A stretch of DNA of 63,369 nt, filler included, from Octopus bimaculoides (GCF_001194135.2; 6 parts of 6 records of this genome joined end to end with filler, not necessarily neighbours in it); one strand, 5' to 3'; counted from the first letter of the whole stretch, positions 26,745-38,320 are shown. Translations and numbers: made by a program. Notes: a model not told the origin generated them from the letters alone.

Positions 26745-27322
26745 GTAATAATAATAATAATGATAAATACCCGGATGCAGTACCAGGCAGTGGCTCTCAT
26801 GGCTTCTGATCTGCACTGATTCGAAGTGTTATCGTGTACATTGTTTTGTCTTGGTATAAAAGATGGGCTACAGCAAATATTCTGCTAAATACCACAGATT
26901 TGCTTGTCAGTTGTTTGACCATACCCAGTTGAGCATGTCCTTTAGTGGCTGACGATATGTGCATCTCTGATCAAGAGCAGAAGTAGTGGGGGAGCATCAT
27001 AGTCATGTGTTGAGAGGAATTCTTTGGGGTTTGAACAATTCACCTTTGGAAACGTGGGTGTTTTGCTCAACATCCTTAAACAAACCTTAATCAGGGACCT
27101 TTTGAGCGGAATGGGCTACTCGACCTGAAGAAAATTCTAACTGGGCCCCACCTGCGAGGTCATGCGCTGTTTATCTTGATATGAGATCACCATGTCGCGC
27201 ACATATGGTTGTGATGCATGTGCCTGGTGTACTCTTATCAAACGGGTTCTCATGATGGATATAATGGGCTTCGTATATTTTACCCCAGTGTCACTTTGAT
27301 GGCATGCTCTGCTCTCTGACTC

Positions 27323-27394
<72 letters not shown>

Positions 27395-27667
27395 GAAATT
27401 ATTGTGTATAGTGCTCAGGTGCACTACAACTCATCAAAGGTGCATGTACAGTACATAGTATTAAAGAAGGCAAAGGCATGGTACCAGTTTAGAAATAGTA
27501 AAGGAAAAATTAACCGTTTGCTCTAAAGGATGATCTGCAGCTTTTTAGTAAGAATGAAAAATAGATAGATTCCTTAATACAGATTGTAAAACTCTTCAGT
27601 AATTATATAGGCATGGAATTTGGCATAGATAAGTGTGCAGTATTAGTCATGAAAAAGGGACAGGTAA
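26199..27667 (+). mobile_element. R4/Dong-type RT fragment interrupted at 26690/27459 by (AAT)n, family E, (AAT)n
   Basis: RSITCLPLVWKLL...[16 protein letters not shown]...FQGD*LSPLIFVLCLIHLSFI resumes as LKKAKAWYQF..KINRLL..DDLQLF...MEFGIDKCAVLVMKKG after the insert. Confidence 0.85.
26770..27322 (+). mobile_element. Complete non-coding (AAT)n-embedded element, family E (about 550 bp)
   Basis: Bounded by (AAT)n both sides; 5' part repeated at 7448 and 28634; no long ORF or recognisable Pol III boxes. Confidence 0.85.
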
Positions 27668-28520
27668 CATGAAAAAGGGACAGGTGGCTGAGAAGTTCAG
27701 GACTGAAAGCAGACTGAAGGTTTCATATTAGCGGCACAAGATCAAAGCTTGCTTACCCAAAACTACCAGGCTGATGTTCTTCAAGCCGGTTCTGACCCTA
27801 GAAGCAGATTCTGCGATAAATATGACTAAACAATACACCATCTCGTGTCGGGATGTCCTCTGCTGACACCAAACGAATACAAAAATCGTCACAATAGGGT
27901 AAGACAGTATTTACATTGGAAAATATGTAAACACACTACACAACCAGCACTCCTGCTTGCTGGTATGAACATCATCTTGATCAAGTCGTTGAAGGTAAAA
28001 ATGTCACTATCTTCAGGTATTTTCCAGTCAACACTGACAGAATGATCCAGGATAATTGACCAGACATATTCATTAAAGACGGAGAAGAAAATACTTGTAG
28101 ACTAATAGATGTAAGTGTTCCCACTGTTGAAAATATATCTGTAAAAGAATTTGAAAAATATAAGGACCTGGAAATTGGAATACAAAAGATGTGGCATATT
28201 AAAGCCAGAACTTTTCCTGTTATTGTGGGTGCCCTAGGTATGATAAGAAAGGGATGTCTGAAATATCTAGATAATATCACAGGAGAACCATGTCTCAGAG
28301 AAATCCAAAAGATTGTGCTGACAAGTACTGCTCACATCCTTAGAAGGATCCTATCAATTTAAATGTTTGCGTTGTACTACATGAAGATATTTTGCTACTG
28401 CCCCTGCCACTTCCCCTCCCCAAAATGTCAGTCATAATGTTACATCTCTTATCATTCTCGTGCCCTCGGACGCTGGATGTGTCGCGGCAAGTGATTGTAA
28501 TAAACATGCATATTAAAAGT
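27668..28520 (+). mobile_element. R4/Dong-type 3' part (knuckle, RLE, UTR), same subfamily as 6552-7366
   Basis: WLRSSGLK..EGFILAAQDQSL...HLVSGCPLLTPNEYKNRHNRV...PDIFIKD...LIDVSVP...VIVGALGMI...EIQKIVLTSTAHILRRILSI*; followed by (AAC)n(AAT)n. Confidence 0.9.
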
Positions 28521-28530
28521 AAATAATGAT

Positions 28531-28567
<37 letters not shown>

Positions 28568-28582
28568 GCAACAACAACAACG

Positions 28583-28633
<51 letters not shown>

Positions 28634-28636
<3 letters not shown>

Positions 28637-28759
28637 CAGTGCCAGGCAGTGGCTCTCATGGCTTCTAATCTTAATTGATTGGAAGTGTTATCATGTACAT
28701 TGTTTTGTCTTGGTATAAAAGATGGGCTACAGCAAATATTCTGCTTAATACCACAGATT
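28634..28759 (+). mobile_element. 5' part of family E element (cut by gap)
   Basis: atgcagtgccaggcagtggctctcatggcttc... immediately after (AAT)n. Confidence 0.85.
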
Positions 28760-29472
28760 NNNNNNNNNNNNNNNNNNNNNNNNNNNNNNNNNNNNNNNNN
28801 NNNNNNNNNNNNNNNNNNNNNNNNNNNNNNNNNNNNNNNNNNNNNNNNNNNNNNNNNNNNNNNNNNNNNNNNNNNNNNNNNNNNNNNNNNNNNNNNNNNN
28901 NNNNNNNNNNNNNNNNNNNNNNNNNNNNNNNNNNNNNNNNNNNNNNNNNNNNNNNNNNNNNNNNNNNNNNNNNNNNNNNNNNNNNNNNNNNNNNNNNNNN
29001 NNNNNNNNNNNNNNNNNNNNNNNNNNNNNNNNNNNNNNNNNNNNNNNNNNNNNNNNNNNNNNNNNNNNNNNNNNNNNNNNNNNNNNNNNNNNNNNNNNNN
29101 NNNNNNNNNNNNNNNNNNNNNNNNNNNNNNNNNNNNNNNNNNNNNNNNNNNNNNNNNNNNNNNNNNNNNNNNNNNNNNNNNNNNNNNNNNNNNNNNNNNN
29201 NNNNNNNNNNNNNNNNNNNNNNNNNNNNNNNNNNNNNNNNNNNNNNNNNNNNNNNNNNNNNNNNNNNNNNNNNNNNNNNNNNNNNNNNNNNNNNNNNNNN
29301 NNNNNNNNNNNNNNNNNNNNNNNNNNNNNNNNNNNNNNNNNNNNNNNNNNNNNNNNNNNNNNNNNNNNNNNNNNNNNNNNNNNNNNNNNNNNNNNNNNNN
29401 NNNNNNNNNNNNNNNNNNNNNNNNGAGGAGGAGGAGGAGGAGGAGGAGGAGGAGGAGGAGAGGAAGAATAAA

Positions 29473-29934
29473 GGTTTCAAATTTTAGTTAAGTCGATTAC
29501 ATCGGCCCCACTGTTCAACTTACTTTATCGACTCCGAAATGATGAATGGTAGAGTCGACCACGGCGGCATCTGAATTAAGAAGTAAGTACGGATGAACTG
29601 CCGCTAAGCATTTTGTCCGGCAAGCTAATGATTCTGCTTGCTCGCTGCTTTAATAATAATAACAATAATTATTAACTCAGAACATAAGGCCAGAAGAAAT
29701 GCCGCAAAGCATTTTGTCCAGCGCGCTAACGATTCTGCCAGTTCGTCACCTTGATAGTAATAATCTTTTCTACTACAGGCACAATGCCTGAAATTGTTGG
29801 GAAGGGGACTAGTCAATTTTTCGACCCCCGAAAGGATGAAAACCAAAGTCGATCCCGGCGGAATTTGAACTCAGATTGTGCTAATGATTCTTCCAACTCA
29901 GTACGTGCTAATGATTCCGCCAATTCGCTGCCTT
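29473..29934 (-). mobile_element. Three tandem partial family A SINEs (29473-29650, 29690-29752, 29762-29934)
   Basis: Repeated head (gctaacgattctgccag..cgcc) and central/tail segments. Confidence 0.75.
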
Positions 29935-29952
29935 ACATCTTAACAGTAATAA

Positions 29953-30410
29953 TCTCATCTCATCTCATCTCATCCCATTTTCTTCCCCCACTTAAACCTA
30001 AGAGAGTCGAGGGGGCAGAGTCCTCAAGCACGCCTTCCATCGGGTCATCTCAGAAGCAAACGTCTCCAATTGAACCAGCTGAGTCTCCAAGTGAAAGTAG
30101 CCAAAGTTATGGATGTTGTCCAATCATCTTGCTTATGGTCTATCATTGAGTCCCCTACCGGTTGGTTTTGCCTGTAGAACCTGTCCAGTGATTCCTTTCT
30201 GAGACATTCTCACCACATGTCTGTTGTATCAGAGCTGTTATCTCTCAACTTGGAGAAGCATCAGCTCTACCTGGAGAACTACTCTCATTTCTGAGCCACG
30301 CTCTCTCTCGAGCAACGTTGCATCAAGAGCCCTTCGGAAGAACCCTGTCTCAGACGTCTGTACTCGTGGCGTATTCTTTCGGTCACTACCCAAGGTTCAT
30401 GACCTAGGTA
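29953..30410 (-). mobile_element. 3' end of RTE-clade LINE with (GATGA)n tail
   Basis: Minus translation HVVRMSQKGITGQVLQAKPTGRG...LDNIHNF...RWKACLRTLPPRLS*, then (gatga)n. Confidence 0.65.
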
Positions 30411-30468
30411 TGGGTAGGAACGAACACCGAATTGAAGATGATTGAATGCGGAAGTTGTCTATAGAGAT

Positions 30469-30655
30469 ACAATTCTATATTTAAGAGATGAGGAATTATG
30501 TACTTTATTTGTATTATCATTTTCATTCGACGGATATTTGTCCTCATCTTGTTTGTTGTTAATGCAACGTTTCGGCTGATATGCCCTCCAGCCTTCTTCA
30601 GGTGTCTTGGAGAAATTTCGAACCCCTGGGTTCTCATTGCTAAGGTGTTTTTCCA

Positions 30656-30716
<61 letters not shown>

Positions 30717-30738
30717 TAGGTCATTGCTTGGAATCGAA
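30469..30738 (-). mobile_element. Family F element (box B remnant, (AAT)n spacer, hammerhead, complete tail)
   Basis: Minus: ttcgattccaagc, (AAT)n, acacCTGAAGAaGGCTGgagggcatatCAGCCGAAACGTT, tail ...cataattcctcatctcttaaatatagaattgt. Confidence 0.85.
30562..30605 (-). ncRNA. Minimal type I hammerhead ribozyme motif (core intact, stem I damaged)
   Basis: CUGAAGA, extra A, 5-bp stem II GGCUG/CAGCC, GAAAC, palindromic AACGUU; stem I ACAC/GCAU has two mismatches. Confidence 0.6.
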
Positions 30739-31381
30739 TATATATATATATATCTTTATATATGCACACACACAAACACACGCATATACGCACACACACA
30801 CAGCTATGTGCACATATATATGTAGCTGTCTATAAATTATATGATAGAAAGATTAAAGTAATAATACGATGAGGAGTGGAGTTTCCGACGTTTGGGAGAG
30901 CGTACTTCTTCAGAGTAACGATGATTGGGACAAAAAAGGGAATACAGAAGAGTTTAATTCCTCTTGCCCATAATTTAAATTAACTGCTGGGAGGGGTTGA
31001 TTTGATCGACTAAACCTATTAAGTGGGTGTTCCGGCATGGTTGCAGTTTAGTGACTGATGCTAAAAAAAATGTTAAATTGTAAGAATCCGTCTTTATCGA
31101 CTTAGTAATTCCTTCTGTTCAGAATATTACTTCGATGGGGGTTCAGAACTTATGAAAATAATGAAATTTATTTAGATGTTGGTACTACGTATTTCAGAGT
31201 TTAGTGTGACTATTTTATCTGTTTTATCTAGAAAATTAGTCATAGTTAAAACAGAGGAAACATTCCAATCTCAGGGTATTACAAAACTATATCCATATAT
31301 CGTACACAAAGTTAGAATTACTATCCACAACATACATTCAACGTAGTGTCCTTTCTCTATTATATAACATGAAATAATTGT

Positions 31382-31766
31382 GGAGGCGCAATGGCCCAGT
31401 GGTTAGGGCAGCGGACTGGCGGTCATAGGATCGCGGTTTCGATTCCCAGACCGAGCGTTGTGAGTGTTTATTGAGCGAAAACACCTAAAGCTCCACGAGG
31501 CTCCAGCAGGGGATGGTGGCGAACCCTGTTGTACTCTTTCACTACAACTTTCTCTCACTCTTACTTCCTGTTTCTGTTGTGCTTGTAATTCAAAGGGTCA
31601 GCCTTGTCACACTGTGTCACGCTGAATATCCCCGAGAACTACCTTAAGGGTACACGTGCCTGTGGAGTGCTCAGCCACTTGCACGTTAATTTTACTAGCA
31701 GGCTGTTCCGTTGATCGGATCAACTGGAACCCTCGACGTCGTAAGCGACGGAGTGCTAACAACAAC
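31382..31766 (+). mobile_element. Full-length tRNA-derived SINE, family B, with about 12-bp TSD
   Basis: Head ggaggcgcaatggcccagtggttagg...ggtttcgattccc; (AAC)n tail; AACATGAAATAA at 31366-31377 and 31764-31775. Confidence 0.92.
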
Positions 31767-32262
31767 ATGAAATAAATATATAAGTCTATCTAGGTAACCT
31801 CTACATGGTCGCTAAATTTACTAGAAATAGTAGCTAACTCTCTCATTGAATGCATTGGATATTGTCGTCTTAGATTTTATTATTATCTTTGTACGTTTGT
31901 TTTGGTCGTTTTATCGACAACAGATACGAACAGAGAACATTGACCCCTTGCAATTTTTAGACTCAGAACATCAAATGATGTAATAGAATACTTCGAGACA
32001 TTTTCTCCTCCTCGAACCTATAGTGATGGGCATGACGTTTTTTTTTTTCTTTTTTAGTATACTAAAAATATCAGTTGCTTATTTATATATTGTAGGTAAG
32101 TGTGTAGAAAAAGATAGCAGCAGACAATGCTGTAGACATAACACTAAAAACCAACAAGTACTGATAAGCAAGTGCAGACAAATTATATGCGTTATCATCA
32201 TCTTCATCATCATCATCATTATTATCACCACCACCACCACCATCACCACTACCACCACCATT

Positions 32263-32732
32263 AAGGCGGCGAGCAGGCAGAACCATTTCGAGTGTCGGCG
32301 AAAAATGCGTTGCGGAATTTCTTCCCGCTCATTACGTCCTGTGTTCAAATTCCGCCGAGGTTGACTTTGCCTTTCATTCTTTCGGGGCCGATAAAATAAG
32401 TACCAGTTGAATACTGGGGTCGATATAGTCGACCGACACTCCCAGTCTCCTGAAGATTACTGGCTACATGCCAAAATTTCAAACTCTTAAGTTAGTGAGC
32501 TGACAGAATCGTTAGAGCGTCGGACAAAATTTGAGCGATGTTTCTTCCAACTTATTGTGATCTCAGTTCAAATTCCGGTGAGGTCAACTTTGCCATTTAT
32601 CCTTCTGTCAAGTACTGGGTTCGATGGTATCGACTACTCCCACCTCTTAAAACTATTGCCCTTATGCCAAGATTTGAAACAACTATTATTATTATTATCA
32701 TTATTATTATTATCATTATTATTATTATTATT

Positions 32733-32809
<77 letters not shown>

Positions 32810-33021
32810 GACAGCGAGCTGTCAGAATCGTTAGCACGCCGGATAAAATGCTAAGTAGCATTTCGTTTGTCTTTACGTTCTGGGTTCAAATTCCGCCGAT
32901 ATTGACTTTGCCTTTCATCCTTTCGGGGTCGATAAATTAAGTACCAGTTGAGTACTGGGATCGATCTAATCGACTGAACCCTTCCGCCAAAATTTCAGGC
33001 CTTGTACCTATAGTAGAAAGG

Positions 33022-33022
<1 letters not shown>
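32263..33022 (+). mobile_element. Three head-to-tail family A SINEs (32263-32486, 32495-32683, 32808-33022) separated by ATT/ATC tracts
   Basis: Three repeats of head, box B and central domain. Confidence 0.9.
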
Positions 33023-33081
<59 letters not shown>

Positions 33082-33719
33082 CCGACATCGAGTTTCCCCC
33101 AAATACTTCTCAGCGCCCGAAGATGTTTCACTTCCCGATGCGGAGCGAGTGGACTTCACTGGTGGAGAGCCGGACTAAGATGAGGAGTAGAAGTTGAAAA
33201 CAAAACAACAACAAAAAAAAAACCCGAAAGAGAGACAGAAAAAAAACAAACATATGGACAAACAACAACAATCCTCATCCACACAAGAAGTAGAGAGAAA
33301 AAAAATCAAACCAACACAAACAAATTCAACCAAAACAAACACTGCATCGATACCACCACCTCTAACATCTGAAGAACAAGCCATCCCCCACACTCAACCA
33401 CAACAACAAAAATCACAACCACAACAACAGCAACAACAACAACATACAAATTAAAAAGACTAGCATTACAAACTACAGGCAATAAACACAAAAAATAATG
33501 AATTAATGAAGTTTATAATAACACACACAAACATTACGCCAGAAGATTTTGTCACACCCACAATCTCCCTACCTGCATACATACAATCATTCAAACAACA
33601 CAAAACACATACACATACCCTTAAAAACCCAGTTCCCACCGAAAATCCGAGATTTTCGAGGGAATATCACCGAGATAATTCCTGGTGCTTTACTGTTGGA
33701 AACACCCTAAGCTAACTTT

Positions 33720-36640
33720 TCTGTTTAGTTTAACCCAATATTTGCCACGAAGGGGCTTTTCTTATCATCGTTTTATCATGACCTGTTGCTATTCCAGTTT
33801 TAGTTTGGATTTCAGTTGTTTTACAACCTTTGATATTTCTTCTTTTTCTTCATAGTTGTTAGGTACTATGACTTCTGTTTTGTATTTGTCAGCTTCCTTA
33901 AATACTGAAAACAGTTTTTCCACTTTGTTCGTGTTTTGTGACTATTTGTATTTGTTTTCCTTGCTTCTGAAGTAGGTGTTTCTGTAGTCCTTATGGTGTT
34001 TATCTTGTTATAGTTTTCTAGCTGTATAAGGCCTCTACCACCTTCGATACGTTGTATATATAACCTTTCTATGTCAGATGTTGGGTGGTGCATCCTAAGT
34101 CCTATCATTATTTCTCTTGTTTTCCTGTCTATTTTGATTAGTTCATTTAGAGTCCATTTAAGAATATTGTAGCTGTAAAAGGGACGGATAGAGTGTTGAT
34201 ACCTATTATCTTGTTTTTCGCATGGAGCTCTGTTTTCAGTGTTAATCTAACTCGTCTATAGTATTCTTTTCTTATGGTGGGTGTTTTATCGTATCTAGTT
34301 CATTGATTTTTAAGTATTTGTATATCTGGCTTTGGTCTAATTCTCTTGTTTCATTTGCTTTATCTAGTATGACGTTGCTACTCTTAACTAGTTTTCCTCT
34401 TTTCAAGGTTGCTTTGGCACATATTCCTAAGCCAAATTTCATGTTTATTTCTTTGGTAAATCCATGTACTGTCTGTAGTAATGTTTCCAGCTGTTTATCA
34501 TTTGTACCGTACAGTTTTAGATCGTCTATATATAAGAAGCGGCTGATTGTTTTGCCGTAATAGTTGTATCCACCTCCAGTTCTGTTTAGCATGTCAGATA
34601 AAGGTGTCAGTGACAAGCAGAGAAGCAGTGGAGAGAGTATGTCACCCTGGAATATTCCTCTTCTAACGAGTATGGCTTTGGTTTTGATGAGTCCCTCTTT
34701 TATCTGGAGCTAGCACTGTCTACCAATTATTCATGGAATGTTTTATATATTTTATAATTATTGGTGCTACCTTGTTCATGGATAATGTTTCTAAGAGGAA
34801 TACTATCAAAAGCCTTTCGATAATCGATCCAGGCCATTCTTAGACCTTTCTTCTTTCTGCGCCTGTCTTCAGTTATGGCTTTATTGATCAGTAGCTGATC
34901 TTTACAGCCGTATGAGCCCTTACAACATCCCTTCTGCTCTTTTGGAAAGAAGTTGTTTTCTTCCAGATGCTTGCACATTCTCTGCAATATTATTGCAGTA
35001 AAGGCTTTGTAAATTGTAGGGAGACAAGTTATCGGTCTGTAATTTTGTGCGTTTGCCGTTTCAGTGGATTTGCGAATTAGGATAGTTTTCTCTTCCGTGA
35101 GCCATTCAGGTATCATCTCTGGCTCTGTTAGTATTTCATTAAATTTCTCAGCCAGCTTTTTATGTGTTCCTGTTAGGTATTTTAACCAGAAGTTGGGGAT
35201 CTTGTCGTGCCCGATGCCTTCCTGTTGATTCGGTTTTGCATTGCCTGGTTGACCTAGGGCTCAGGGTTGTTCAGGTGCTGTGTTCGTTGTTTTGATAGAC
35301 CTTTTCTGATGTTGTTCCTTCGCCGACCATATTTCTATCAAAAATAGTTCCATTTTTTTCTGCTGTTGGTGCTGCATTGATCTCTCTTTTTTTTGCCAAG
35401 GTCTTGGTAGAATCTTTTGGCGTTGGAGTTGAACAGTTTGTTTTGTTCAGAGAAACGTTGGCATTTCTCGTACCGGCAGATTCTTTGTGCTTTGGTGAGG
35501 ATATCTTGCTTTAGCTGTTCTTTTACCTCATGTATACCTTGTTCTGTAATTTTGTATTTACGTAGTATTTTTCTTCTCCTCGTGTTGCTTAGTAGTGTTG
35601 ATTGTCTACTAGTTACATTGAAGATTGACAGATCCTTTCTCTTATTTTCTATTTTTATCTGGATATTATTTATCCACAGGGTTTGTTTGGGTGGTGATAC
35701 ACCTATTTGGATGGGTTTTAGGGGGTATCCAGCTTCTTTTGCATCCACAGAGGCTGCTGCATATATTATATCATCTAGCCTAGTCATATTGAAATTTGTT
35801 TCTGTGGCTATTACTTCTGTGACGAGCAGGTTCATGCTATTTATTATTGATGTTGTTTTATAAATTTTAATTTTTAGGAGGTACAATCGGTGGTCCGTAC
35901 TGACACCTGTGGTTTTCAATTGTTTGATTATGCTCATTTTTAGAGTATCATAATCATTAGTTTCATCTTCATTGTTTCCAAGTTTCCAATATATTTGTTT
36001 CGTATTCCTTCCCGTTAATATTTTTGTCTGTGTTCTGGTTTGGTGCATTTTGCTCATCATTACACATTCCTACAGTCTGGGTTAGTTGTCTTTCGTTCTT
36101 TACTTCGTTTTTGTTGGACATGTTACGTCTGTCTTCGTGTTTTACAGTCCCCGTGCTTATTATATTATTTGGCATTGATGTGTGGTTACTATCTACGTTT
36201 TCCTAATGTATTTTTCCTTTTAAGTGTTCTATTTCTACTTCTGATACTTATTTTTTGTATTGAGAATATATCTCCGTATGTTAGCTAGTTTGTTAGGGTT
36301 CATTGCTGTATCCAAATCTTTATCTAGGTTATTTTTCTTCAAGATTATATATATATGTGTTGTTGTGAGTTCGTACTGTGTGTAGAGCACTGCTGTAAAA
36401 TAAGCATGTAGGATTGAAATATATTCCTCGCGTGTCCATTTATGCTTTTTGTAAAATTTTATTTGCAGGACATTTTGATAGTAGTCATTTTCGTAGGGTA
36501 CCGGTCCTTCTGGTGTTAAATGGTTTTGAACGTGTAGTTTTTCGAACTTTTTGTGTAACAAGTTTAAAGTACATATTTCTCGTTTGCTATCCTTGGGGTG
36601 AATAATACGAGTATGATTTAATTTATTTTTCATTTTTTCT
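33720..36640 (-). mobile_element. Near full-length, frameshifted R4/Dong-type retrotransposon lacking the RLE end
   Basis: KHKWTREEYISILHAYF...NKLANIRRYI; QDILTKAQRICRYEK..QNKLFNSNAKRFY; NYRPITCLPTIYK...QKGC..DQLLINK...AWIDYRKAFDS; LYIDDLKLY...FGLGICA; RLYIQRIEGGRGLIQLE. Confidence 0.92.
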
Positions 36641-36696
36641 GCTTGGTGGTTGGGGACGGAGATGGTCTGTTACTGATTGGATCATAATGTGGCGAG

Positions 36697-36956
36697 TGTA
36701 TTTACTCGTGTTGTGCGAATGATGGAGATGATACATAGTTAGAATACATAATTTCATTTGGAAACTAGGAATAAATTTTAATGGGTATTACTTACTCGGA
36801 TATAGTCCAGCACTTTATCAGTGTGGAGAAAGTGTTTATACGTGTTGTGCGAGTAACGGAGATGATACACAGTTAAAATACATCGTTTCATTTGGAAAAT
36901 AGAAATAAATTTTAATGAGTATTACTTACTCGGATATTGTCCAACACTTTGTCAGT
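36697..36956. repeat. Tandem duplication, 134-bp period, upstream of the Dong ORF
   Basis: cgtgttgtgcga starts at 36707 and 36841; both copies end ttacttactcggatat.gtcca.cacttt.tcagt. Confidence 0.9.
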
Positions 36957-36964
36957 TATTTTAG

Positions 36965-37420
36965 GCTCCATTTGTTGTCTTTATTCCCAAATGTTTTGGG
37001 GTAGATTTCAGAGCAGTGTTTTATCGCTCTCACATGTTAAACGTCCTCGGTGTTCTCTGGACCCGTTTGAAAGGGCTAAAGACAGACACTTTCCTCTTTG
37101 GCCAAGGCCTCATCAACTTTTTCAAGTTCCACTTGAAAAGGAAGATGAGAGTAGAGAGGGAAGTGCTGTCTCATAGCAAATTCGTTGAAAGATGGGTGAC
37201 TGTTGGAAGAATGGCCAGTATAAACGGACCAATTCTGAGAATACACTTGTAAAAAAAAAAAAAAGAGAAAAAAAAAGGTAACGTAAAAGGAGAAAGGACT
37301 CTATACCCCTTTCTTATTTTTTCTGACCAGGCTCCCGTGGTTTTATGGGTTTTTCCACGTGTAACCTTTCCTTTTTCGAAGCGCCTCCCCCTTTGGGAGT
37401 TCTACTTATTTATTTATCTA
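36965..37420 (+). mobile_element. Probable 3' end of L1/Tx1-like LINE
   Basis: LGVLWTRLKG...LINFFKFHLKRKMRVEREVLSHSKFVERW resembles Tx1 ORF2 C-terminus; A-rich run follows the stop; assignment from memory. Confidence 0.45.
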
Positions 37421-38320
37421 NNNNNNNNNNNNNNNNNNNNNNNNNNNNNNNNNNNNNNNNNNNNNNNNNNNNNNNNNNNNNNNNNNNNNNNNNNNNNNNN
37501 NNNNNNNNNNNNNNNNNNNNNNNNNNNNNNNNNNNNNNNNNNNNNNNNNNNNNNNNNNNNNNNNNNNNNNNNNNNNNNNNNNNNNNNNNNNNNNNNNNNN
37601 NNNNNNNNNNNNNNNNNNNNNNNNNNNNNNNNNNNNNNNNNNNNNNNNNNNNNNNNNNNNNNNNNNNNNNNNNNNNNNNNNNNNNNNNNNNNNNNNNNNN
37701 NNNNNNNNNNNNNNNNNNNNNNNNNNNNNNNNNNNNNNNNNNNNNNNNNNNNNNNNNNNNNNNNNNNNNNNNNNNNNNNNNNNNNNNNNNNNNNNNNNNN
37801 NNNNNNNNNNNNNNNNNNNNNNNNNNNNNNNNNNNNNNNNNNNNNNNNNNNNNNNNNNNNNNNNNNNNNNNNNNNNNNNNNNNNNNNNNNNNNNNNNNNN
37901 NNNNNNNNNNNNNNNNNNNNNNNNNNNNNNNNNNNNNNNNNNNNNNNNNNNNNNNNNNNNNNNNNNNNNNNNNNNNNNNNNNNNNNNNNNNNNNNNNNNN
38001 NNNNNNNNNNNNNNNNNNNNNNNNNNNNNNNNNNNNNNNNNNNNNNNNNNNNNNNNNNNNNNNNNNNNNNNNNNNNNNNNNNNNNNNNNNNNNNNNNNNN
38101 NNNNNNNNNNNNNNNNNNNNNNNNNNNNNNNNNNNNNNNNNNNNNNNNNNNNNNNNNNNNNNNNNNNNNNNNNNNNNNNNNNNNNNNNNNNNNNNNNNNN
38201 NNNNNNNNNNNNNNNNNNNNNNNNNNNNNNNNNNNNNNNNNNNNNNNNNNNNNNNNNNNNNNNNNNNNNNNNNNNNNNNNNNNNNNNNNNNNNNNNNNTA
38301 TATATATCTATATATCTATA

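Noticed and set aside
26770-26975. HDV-like ribozyme at the 5' end of family E (GGATGCA could pair with TGCATCT near 26960)
   Set aside because: The required P1.1 GG, P3/L3 and J4/2 elements could not be placed.
31382-31455. tRNA-like sequences as genuine tRNA genes (also 60909, 41580, 54700)
   Set aside because: No complete cloverleaf or acceptor stem, and each continues into a multi-copy SINE body.
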